IMG/VR virus record: IMGVR_UViG_3300022832_000002
Coordinates: 1-35,037 of that record
Origin: a virus
Direction: 5' to 3' (one strand)
Length of the DNA: 35,037 bases
Shown here: positions 1 through 6,566 of the stretch, one piece after another
Numbering within the stretch: the first letter of the stretch is position 1
How the letters are laid out: each line of letters starts with the position of its first letter
Made by a program: the position numbers and the translations under genes
The notes under the pieces: generated by a model
Database searches by the model: none
Told to the model about the DNA's origin: nothing
The model's input: the letters and a program-made list of their open reading frames with translations, nothing else

Positions 1-113
1 CCCGCAGATGGATGCAGAAACCCCGCATATGGATACGCAAACCCCGCATATGGATGTCATAAACCCCGCAGGAGATGCACCCGAACCATCATTAACCATA
101 AAGAACCATAAAA
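1..113. repeat. Terminal redundancy copy 1, identical to 34925..35037. Either a circularisation overlap or a direct terminal repeat.
   Basis: Compared by eye: 1..113 matches 34925..35037 base for base. Position 114 onward continues the ORF that runs off the window end. Confidence 0.9.
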
Positions 114-571
114 GAACCATCATTGCAGATGACGAGTTTGAAGCCTTTTGGTCAGTTGTTCCACGAAAGGCTGGCAAGGGGCAGGCCGTCAAGGCATGGA
201 AAGCCGCAACCAAAAAGGTCACCCCGCAAACCATTATAGACGCAATGGGCGCATATGCCAGACAGCGACAGGGCCAAGATCAGCAATACACGGCGCACCC
301 TGCCTCATGGCTTAACGGCGAGCGATGGCTAGATGAGGCCGCAGCTTCCCCAACGGACTTTTACGACAACATCCAGAAACACCTATCGGAGAAAATGAAT
401 GAGTTACCAGACACGCCTAGCATCGGCCACAATGCTTATCACCGACTTTCTGCGCCAGTATCAGCGCCCGACACATCTGGACGACGAGGGATGCATGAGG
501 GAAATAGCGGCGATAGCAGAGGAGGTGAACGGTCTCATCTCAGCATCATCAAGCCCCGAAAATTTCCGTGA
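2..571 (+). CDS. Replication initiator, C-terminal part. It continues 34638..35037 across the circular junction, giving 285 aa in total.
   Basis: Same frame as the open-ended ORF at the window end through the 113-bp overlap. It contains FEAFWSVVPRKAGKGQAVKAWK ... HPASWLNGERWLDE, which I recognise as the C-terminal module of HTH-type phage/plasmid initiators. The last ~57 codons overlap the next gene and look like run-on. Confidence 0.75.
   Translation, partial: PQMDAETPHMDTQTPHMDVINPAGDAPEPSLTIKNHKRTIIADDEFEAFWSVVPRKAGKGQAVKAWKAATKKVTPQTIIDAMGAYARQRQGQDQQYTAHPASWLNGERWLDEAAASPTDFYDNIQKHLSEKMNELPDTPSIGHNAYHRLSAPVSAPDTSGRRGMHEGNSGDSRGGERSHLSIIKPRKFP
84..120. repeat. Four helically phased AACCAT motifs in an A-rich stretch, a candidate DNA unwinding/bending element of the origin.
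   Basis: AACCAT occurs at 84, 94, 104 and 115 (spacing 10, 10, 11 bp) within GAACCATCATTAACCATAAAGAACCATAAAAGAACCAT, directly after the iteron array. Confidence 0.5.
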
Positions 572-956
572 CCGGATCGAAACGGCTTTCCGGCACATTC
601 GCAAAACTTACACGCAGCGCGCATGGCCGATGCCAGCACATTTTATTAAGGCGCTTGACGCAACCGCTAAACGCGAAGCGGTTGAAATCACAGGCAAGCC
701 CTTTGCCAGCGAAGACGCGATCCAGATTGTTGCCCGCCGCATTGCTGCCGGTGACTCTGTTGGCGACGGCTGGCTTTATGGCCGAGGTGCGGTCCAGCTT
801 TTGCGCGAAGGATTGGTGACGACTGACCAGATTCGCAAGTATCGTTCTGCGCTATACTTCGCAGCCAAAGAAGTCGGGGGGCAAGAGTATGCCCAGCGCA
901 TAGAGGATGCATTGAAGGAAAAGCATAATTCGGCCGCAACGCTTGAGAACGCATAA
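399..956 (+). CDS. Hypothetical protein, a possible replication accessory protein by position only.
   Basis: ATG at 399 follows GGAGA (388..392). The 185-aa ORF lies immediately downstream of the initiator. No motif was recognised. Confidence 0.6.
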   Translation: MSYQTRLASATMLITDFLRQYQRPTHLDDEGCMREIAAIAEEVNGLISASSSPENFRDRIETAFRHIRKTYTQRAWPMPAHFIKALDATAKREAVEITGKPFASEDAIQIVARRIAAGDSVGDGWLYGRGAVQLLREGLVTTDQIRKYRSALYFAAKEVGGQEYAQRIEDALKEKHNSAATLENA

Positions 957-1014
957 ACCGCTTGACGCAGTTTATGATACATGCAACTTTAGGAAGGCAT
1001 AAAGGAGATATGAT

Positions 1015-1389
1015 ATGCTAAACATGACCATTGCAGGCAACGTCGGAAAAGACGCGGTTCTGCGCAAAACACAAAACGGCGACTCGGTTCTCGGCTTTTC
1101 GATTGCCGTAGATCAGGGCAAGGACAAGGGCGGCAACAAGCGCGACAGCGTTTGGGTCAGCTGTTCGATCTTTGGTCAGCGGGCCGACAGCCTGCAAAGC
1201 TACATTACCAAAGGTTCCAAGCTGGCGTTGTCTGGCAAGCCCAGCGTCAACGTCTACGAGGGCAAAGGTTCGCTGCAACTGCTGGTCAATGAATTGACGT
1301 TCATGGGTGGCGGCGGCGAACGGTCCGAGCAGGGCGGCTATGACCAGCCACCGCAATCCAATGTGCCTGACGACGAAATTCCATTTTAG
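1015..1389 (+). CDS. ssb: Single-stranded DNA-binding protein
   Basis: AAAGGAG SD upstream. It has an OB-fold-like N-terminus, a Gly-rich spacer (MGGGGERSEQGG) and the acidic tip DDEIPF typical of SSB C-termini. Confidence 0.9.
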   Translation: MLNMTIAGNVGKDAVLRKTQNGDSVLGFSIAVDQGKDKGGNKRDSVWVSCSIFGQRADSLQSYITKGSKLALSGKPSVNVYEGKGSLQLLVNELTFMGGGGERSEQGGYDQPPQSNVPDDEIPF

Positions 1390-1390
1390 G

Positions 1391-1612
1391 ATGGCACAGA
1401 TTGACATCACAGCAGAAGGCAAAGGCACGTTCCAGATGGTTCTTGCCAATGCCGAAGCTGGCGACGAAATCTTGTATCACGTCGGCAAACACGCAGCGGG
1501 GGCGCATAAGTATGAAGCCTTCGTTGCACACCAGCGCGGGGAATGTTTGCTTTATCAGCGCCGCCTTGGTGAAAGCCGTTTTGCCTACATCGCCCGCAAG
1601 ACCCAACCATGA
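1391..1612 (+). CDS. Hypothetical protein (73 aa)
   Basis: ATG lies 2 nt after the ssb stop. Its ATGA overlap leads into the next gene, so it fits the coupled operon. Confidence 0.6.
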   Translation: MAQIDITAEGKGTFQMVLANAEAGDEILYHVGKHAAGAHKYEAFVAHQRGECLLYQRRLGESRFAYIARKTQP

Positions 1613-1842
1613 AGCCTTGGGCTACGGGTGACGCAATCGGATCTGGCGACGTTTACTTGCCGGACACCAAGACAAAGGCCGCATATGGCCAAGCCTGCCG
1701 CGCAGCAATCATCAACAGCGCCGCGCGACACGCAATAAACCTAACCACCCTGCAAGCACGCAGGGACTACATCAACGGCCACCCAGCGAAAGAACAACTA
1801 AAAGCGCGGGTGTCGGAACTATGGGAGAGCCGCAATGAATGA
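1609..1842 (+). CDS. Hypothetical protein (77 aa)
   Basis: ORF-track ORF with an ATGA overlap to the upstream gene. Confidence 0.6.
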   Translation: MKPWATGDAIGSGDVYLPDTKTKAAYGQACRAAIINSAARHAINLTTLQARRDYINGHPAKEQLKARVSELWESRNE

Positions 1843-2026
1843 CCCGCAAGAGCGCGTTGGCCGAGGGCAATGGTTCAGCCACGACGGGCCGATCTGGATT
1901 GACACGCTGGGCGATGAATACCTGCTTAACTGCTACAAGACCTGCGTGCGCCACGACAACCCGAAGGCTGACGAATTGCTTGAAGAAATCCGAAACAGAA
2001 ACATGGAATGGAGATTAGAGGGATGA
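1835..2026 (+). CDS. Hypothetical protein (63 aa)
   Basis: ORF-track ORF with an 8-nt overlap to the upstream stop. Confidence 0.55.
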   Translation: MNDPQERVGRGQWFSHDGPIWIDTLGDEYLLNCYKTCVRHDNPKADELLEEIRNRNMEWRLEG

Positions 2027-2547
2027 CTAAATTCAAAGTAGGCCAGAAGTGGCGGATGCGTAACGACGCCTCTGCGGTGCTGGATCGCGACGAACTTATT
2101 GAGCTGATCTGCAAGGCCATCGGTGGCGGGGACAAGGTTGGTATGGTCGATTTTCATGTGGCCGAAGACATCGCGGATGCGTTGCTTGCTCGGCCATCCC
2201 CTGACGCGCTGGACATGGCTACTAAGGGGGGTGGAGTGATGGGGGACGCACCAGAACGGATTTGGGCCTATGGTCGAACCGGATATTCGATTGAAGATGG
2301 AACGTGGGATAATTCAGAAAAACCAAATTGCTCGCAGGACTGGCCGCACGAAAAATACATTCGCGCCGATTTTGTTGACGCCATCATTTTTGCGGCGCAG
2401 GCCGTCATTGACAGATGGGACAGCCCAGATTGGAAAGACGAAAAGCACACGGCAGATTATATCAATGCAGCGCGCCGCGCCCTGAACACCCCCGAAACCC
2501 GCGCCGCGATACTGGCGGACGCTATGAAAGGACATACCAATGATTAG
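2023..2547 (+). CDS. Hypothetical protein (174 aa)
   Basis: ATG at 2023 forms an ATGA overlap with the upstream stop. An alternative in-frame ATG lies at 2008. Confidence 0.65.
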   Translation: MTKFKVGQKWRMRNDASAVLDRDELIELICKAIGGGDKVGMVDFHVAEDIADALLARPSPDALDMATKGGGVMGDAPERIWAYGRTGYSIEDGTWDNSEKPNCSQDWPHEKYIRADFVDAIIFAAQAVIDRWDSPDWKDEKHTADYINAARRALNTPETRAAILADAMKGHTND

Positions 2548-2767
2548 AATTGACCTGCGATATGCTTTGCCAGTCATCGCGTTTTATGTGCCGACGCTCA
2601 TGTTCGCCAGCCTTGGGCTGATGATAGGGTATCCTCTCTCCGATATGCGAGAGGCGTTGCTTGCGATTGGCGCCTTTGGCGGGCTTGTGTTGTCAGCAGG
2701 TACCATTCTCCATTATTCCGCCGAGCGGAGAGAGCCGGTCTGGTTTTACATTAGGGGGCGTGAATAA
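2540..2767 (+). CDS. Small membrane protein (75 aa, two hydrophobic segments)
   Basis: AAAGGA SD lies 8 nt upstream. Hydrophobic stretches are ALPVIAFYVPTLMFASLGLMIG and LLAIGAFGGLVLSAGTIL. Confidence 0.65.
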   Translation: MIRIDLRYALPVIAFYVPTLMFASLGLMIGYPLSDMREALLAIGAFGGLVLSAGTILHYSAERREPVWFYIRGRE

Positions 2768-2841
2768 TGGACCTTATCACAATAATGCGGCTGCGTTGTT
2801 CACGGCGCTGGCAATGGCGGACGCTATGAAAGGAAAGACTG

Positions 2842-3114
2842 ATGAGTGACATGTCGATAATTGTTCTTGCGATCCTGTGGTGGACGTTCGCCGTTAGTGC
2901 GCTTGCAATCGCGGCATCACATGAGGGCACGATGCATTGGCGCGTCATTGGATACGCGCTGTTCTGGCCGATGCCTCTGCCCGTCATTGCGGTTTTCCTG
3001 ACTTACGACATGACCGTGAAGTCGACGAAAAGACTGCGGGCCGACCTGCAAAACCGGAAACTTCTCAGAGAGTTCGACGCGTATATGCGCAAAAAGAAGG
3101 AACAGACAACATGA
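2842..3114 (+). CDS. Small membrane protein (90 aa) with a basic C-terminal tail
   Basis: The same AAAGGA-N8-ATG context as gene 2540. Hydrophobic stretches are IIVLAILWWTFAVSALAIA and LFWPMPLPVIAVFL. Confidence 0.65.
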   Translation: MSDMSIIVLAILWWTFAVSALAIAASHEGTMHWRVIGYALFWPMPLPVIAVFLTYDMTVKSTKRLRADLQNRKLLREFDAYMRKKKEQTT

Positions 3115-3233
3115 CATCACTATACATAATCATATTCGCAATAGGCTCGATGGTCGAAACATTGGAGGCGCTTTGGGGCAAGCTAGTGGACGCATACTGC
3201 GTGGGTCTGGCATGTGATGTGGCACGGCCATGA
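3111..3233 (+). CDS. Very small hydrophobic protein (40 aa)
   Basis: ATGA overlaps on both sides (3111 and 3230). The N-terminus is MTSLYIIIFAIGSMV. It lies below the ORF-track start choice (track ORF 2937..3233). Confidence 0.45.
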   Translation: MTSLYIIIFAIGSMVETLEALWGKLVDAYCVGLACDVARP

Positions 3234-3589
3234 CAGAGCAAGAAATCAACATCGTCGCGGAAATGCACAGGGCGGGTCGCAGCCATGCCGAGATACAAAA
3301 GGCCACAGGATTTGGTTACACCAAGGTTGTCCGGGCTGTTGTCATAGCACGCAAGGCAGGCATAGTCCCACCGCGCAAGATCAAGGCATCGCCTCGGCAG
3401 CAGGTCAAAGACCGCTTTCAAAATCACATGATTAAATTTGGAAACATCGGGGACATATTGCAGGTTCTAAGCAAGGACCAACAGGACTGGATCATCAACG
3501 AAGTCGGCAAGAACGAATATGCTGACGTCGCTGAATACATCACCGAACTTGTCCGTGACGCACATGCAGAAAGCACAATGACCAAATGA
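3230..3589 (+). CDS. HTH DNA-binding protein (119 aa)
   Basis: N-terminal EMHRAGRSHAEIQKATGFGYTKVVRAV resembles a resolvase/terminase-type HTH. Translationally coupled to its neighbours. Confidence 0.6.
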   Translation: MTEQEINIVAEMHRAGRSHAEIQKATGFGYTKVVRAVVIARKAGIVPPRKIKASPRQQVKDRFQNHMIKFGNIGDILQVLSKDQQDWIINEVGKNEYADVAEYITELVRDAHAESTMTK

Positions 3590-4065
3590 CCTACCAACCT
3601 GTCGTGGGGATCAACCCAATCTACAAATCAGGGTCCGTCACCCGCTGGCACGCAAACCCAGATGTGCCAGCCCAGACGCTTGCAGATCACCACTGCAGGG
3701 TGGCACAGATTGTGTGCTACTTTTTTCCATCGGCATCTGCATCGCTTCTCTACGCGGCCTTGCATCACGATTGCGGGGAACTGATGGTCGGTGACGTTCC
3801 AAGCCCGGCCAAGCAAGACGAGCAGTTGGCACACTTCTTGCACCTACGGGAAGCAATCGCACGGCAGGAAATGGGCATTGACGTGATCGACCACCACGAC
3901 CCGCGCCTGACCTTCGCTGACAAGCTGGAGGCTTACACCTACGTCGCATTGACTAGACCGGACATGATGGGGCTAGCCCAATGGGTCACATCTCTATCGG
4001 ATCTAGGCCAGATGGCTGATACGCTGAACATATCCGACCGTCTTGTGCAGTGGTTTGAACAATAG
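3586..4065 (+). CDS. HD-domain phosphohydrolase (YfbR-like 5-prime-deoxynucleotidase family)
   Basis: R-W-H ... LADHHCRVAQI ... ALHHDCGELMVGDVPSPAK matches the H...HD...D pattern of HD hydrolases. Confidence 0.7.
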   Translation: MTYQPVVGINPIYKSGSVTRWHANPDVPAQTLADHHCRVAQIVCYFFPSASASLLYAALHHDCGELMVGDVPSPAKQDEQLAHFLHLREAIARQEMGIDVIDHHDPRLTFADKLEAYTYVALTRPDMMGLAQWVTSLSDLGQMADTLNISDRLVQWFEQ

Positions 4066-4118
4066 ATTTACAATCCATAAGCGGGCATAATCAAGTCAGG
4101 CAAGCAAAGGGGAACCAA

Positions 4119-4316
4119 ATGGACGCGAAGAAAATAATCGAAAGCGCAATCTTCGGGGCTGAAATCCAGCAGGCACAGCACATGCTAGATCAAACCGGAG
4201 AGGCGTTCCGCATCATCGCTGAACTGCGGTTTAAGTTTTTCAAGGCGCATCTGGACGCAGGCTTTGACGAGGAAGACGCTTTGTTGCTGACCATTAACTG
4301 CATGGACGGAATGTAG
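4119..4316 (+). CDS. Hypothetical protein (65 aa)
   Basis: GGGGA SD lies 6 nt upstream of the ATG. The protein looks helical. Confidence 0.55.
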   Translation: MDAKKIIESAIFGAEIQQAQHMLDQTGEAFRIIAELRFKFFKAHLDAGFDEEDALLLTINCMDGM

Positions 4317-4399
4317 CATGGGGCAAAAGCCTTGCGTCTAGTTTGTGGACTTTCTAGGCGCTGTCGTGTATTTTCTGGGCAACGGGCAAGGAGCGCCAG

Positions 4400-6121
4400 A
4401 TGGCCAGATCGACACTGACACCAGACCAAGAGCGGCGTAACGCCTATGCAGCGGCAAACATGCTGCCGTTGCCTTTCGACGACAACCGGCCCGTGAACAT
4501 CCTTGATCTGCCTCGGTCTGAATTCATGGCCATGCTGCCAGAGATCCAGCAGAGCGGCGGCGACGTTGACATGATGCTGCGTGAGTATAATCGGCGCAAC
4601 TCTATCTTCGCCCCGATCATGGATGCGGCAGACAGATCCAGCCAAGAGATGACAAAAGCTGGCCGACGCCCTGTCGCTGGCACAATGGGCTTGCTGTCTC
4701 GGAACGTTGAGGGCGACCTTAGCCTGCGCCCAGAGCCGATGGCTGCACTGACTGGGCTTCTAGGCGGCGGGTTTGGCGCTCTTGACCAGACGCTGAACGC
4801 CACTGTGGGCCGTGTGCCTGCCGCTGATGTGGATGCAGCCGCCCTGACGGGCGCTGGGCTTGCTATGGGCGGGGGTGGCCTGCTGTCGCGTCCTGCTGGC
4901 TCTATCGGCATGGGCGGGCGTGTGGCTGCGCCTGATCTTAACGTTGCCAGAAAAGATGCCTCAAGCATATTTGGGGCTGGCACTGAAAGAGTTAGATATA
5001 CTGATCCAAACAGCGGCGGAACAATGGAAGTTGTGGTCCGTCCTGATGGTAGCGCATCCGTATTAGAACTTGAGGTGCCAGAAGGGTTTCGCGGTCAGGG
5101 CATTGGGCAAGCACTTCAATCGCGTGTCATGCAAGATTTCCCAGTAATGGGCGGGCAGGTTTCTTCTAGAGCCGCAGCGACAACCGCTTACAGATTGGGG
5201 CGCAGACCTTATGGCAGGCCGGACGCAACAATCGAAGATGTGTTTCGAGCAATAGACGAAGACAGTTCTGTAAATTTAATAACACCCGCTGCGCAACCGC
5301 GTCCCGTATCACCAGCCCAAGAGGTTGCCGCCCTTCTACGCTCTGGACGTGCTGCCGATGTCACCGACGAAATGATGGCACGGGTGGACCCGCAGGAGAT
5401 GTTTGCGCTTTACCAGCGGGGCGAGACAGGCATGGACCTGCCGATGGATGAAGCCAGTAGGATGCGCCGAGCCATCCAACAGGGATTTGACGTAAACGAT
5501 GAAATGTATCGTGGCGATGCGCCGCGCTTGGCGTTTCAAACAGGCCAAGGCCAGCGAGACCAAATCGGCGTAACAATGTCGTCCAGCCCAGATGTCGCGG
5601 CGTCTTACATTCCGGCTCGTGGTGATGGCGGCATTTACCCGATTTTTTCACGCGGCCAAAGTGATGCAATCATTGATGCTCAGGGCCGAAATTGGAATGT
5701 GATAGACCGCAACGCGCGCGTCGGTTTTCAGGGTGATGATTCATTGCTGCGTGATTACATTCCAGACAGTTACTTTGAGCCATATGATGTCATGTCTGGA
5801 ACGGATTTTCTTGACACGAACGATTTATCTAGGATGTTTCAAGGCTATGGCGCAGATAGGGTCAGGTTTAACGACTTGGTGGATCGGGGAGGGTCCGCAA
5901 AGTATTATGGACCAGAAAGTTCAATGCCGTCTGATGTTATGATGGTTTCAAACCCAGCAAACGTCCGTTCCCGCTTCGCCCGCTTTGATTCCCGACTATC
6001 TAATCTATCCAACCTCAACGCAGCCAACGTATCCCCACTAGCAGGCTTACTTGCTACTGGTGCAGGACAAGCCGAGATGGAACGCCTGATGCCTTTGCTT
6101 GGTTTGCTTGCTGAAAGATAG
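4400..6121 (+). CDS. Large multidomain protein of unknown function. It has an internal GNAT-like motif, Gly/Ala-rich linkers and a C-terminal domain with weak ADP-ribosyltransferase-like features.
   Basis: AAGGAG SD upstream. LELEVPEGFRGQGIGQALQ resembles GNAT motif A. MYRGD ... VTMSSSPDVAASY loosely resembles the R and S-x-S elements of ARTs. The ORF is 573 aa. Confidence 0.7.
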   Translation: MARSTLTPDQERRNAYAAANMLPLPFDDNRPVNILDLPRSEFMAMLPEIQQSGGDVDMMLREYNRRNSIFAPIMDAADRSSQEMTKAGRRPVAGTMGLLSRNVEGDLSLRPEPMAALTGLLGGGFGALDQTLNATVGRVPAADVDAAALTGAGLAMGGGGLLSRPAGSIGMGGRVAAPDLNVARKDASSIFGAGTERVRYTDPNSGGTMEVVVRPDGSASVLELEVPEGFRGQGIGQALQSRVMQDFPVMGGQVSSRAAATTAYRLGRRPYGRPDATIEDVFRAIDEDSSVNLITPAAQPRPVSPAQEVAALLRSGRAADVTDEMMARVDPQEMFALYQRGETGMDLPMDEASRMRRAIQQGFDVNDEMYRGDAPRLAFQTGQGQRDQIGVTMSSSPDVAASYIPARGDGGIYPIFSRGQSDAIIDAQGRNWNVIDRNARVGFQGDDSLLRDYIPDSYFEPYDVMSGTDFLDTNDLSRMFQGYGADRVRFNDLVDRGGSAKYYGPESSMPSDVMMVSNPANVRSRFARFDSRLSNLSNLNAANVSPLAGLLATGAGQAEMERLMPLLGLLAER

Positions 6122-6158
6122 ACCAAGCAAAACAAGCGTGCTATCGTGTGCGCCAACA

Positions 6159-6566
6159 ATGGAGAACAAAGTGCCAGCAGGACGTCCAACAGATTACACG
6201 CCAAAACTTGTCGAGAAGGCTTGGGAATACGCCAATGGCGGATGGGAAAATGTTGGCGACCCTGTGCCAAGTGTAGCAGGTTTGGCATGTGAGATTGGCG
6301 TTCGCCGCGAGACTTGCCACGTCTGGGCAAATGACAAAACAAAAGAGTTTTCTAACATCCTTGGCAAAATAGCCGAAACGCAAGAGCGTCAATTGCTGCG
6401 CGGCGGTCTTGGTGGGGTTTTCAACGCACCTATCACAAAGATGATGATGACCAAGCACGGCTACTCTGACAAGGTAGAGCAGGACGTCACATCCAGCGAC
6501 GGATCACTTGCGCCGACGCGCATAATCATCGAGGCCGCATCGGCTGATGACAAACGCGACGATTAA
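6159..6566 (+). CDS. terS: Terminase small subunit
   Basis: (M)PAGRPTDYTPKLVEKAWEY is the typical TerS N-terminal HTH. The gene overlaps the terL start. GTG at 6171 follows GGAGA and may be the true start. Confidence 0.8.
   Translation: MENKVPAGRPTDYTPKLVEKAWEYANGGWENVGDPVPSVAGLACEIGVRRETCHVWANDKTKEFSNILGKIAETQERQLLRGGLGGVFNAPITKMMMTKHGYSDKVEQDVTSSDGSLAPTRIIIEAASADDKRDD

Noticed and set aside
386-405. Programmed ribosomal frameshift joining the initiator ORF to ORF 399..956
   Set aside because: No X-XXY-YYZ slippery heptamer or downstream structure was seen. The second ORF has its own GGAGA-N6-ATG, so independent initiation is the simpler reading.
962-990. TTGACG-N17-AACTTT upstream of ssb as a promoter. 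Similar weak candidates occur at 4063..4091 and 4332..4374.
   Set aside because: The -10 elements are poor or the spacings are wrong (13-20 nt), and no shared motif appears among the intergenic regions. These cannot be supported without TSS data.
2760-2849. A ~29-codon ORF (VNNGPYHNNAAALFTALAMADAMKGKTDE) as a real gene
   Set aside because: It has only a GTG start, 1 nt after a G-rich patch. It appears to be a decayed duplicate of the 3-prime end of gene 2023..2547. It is reported as a duplication remnant, not a feature.
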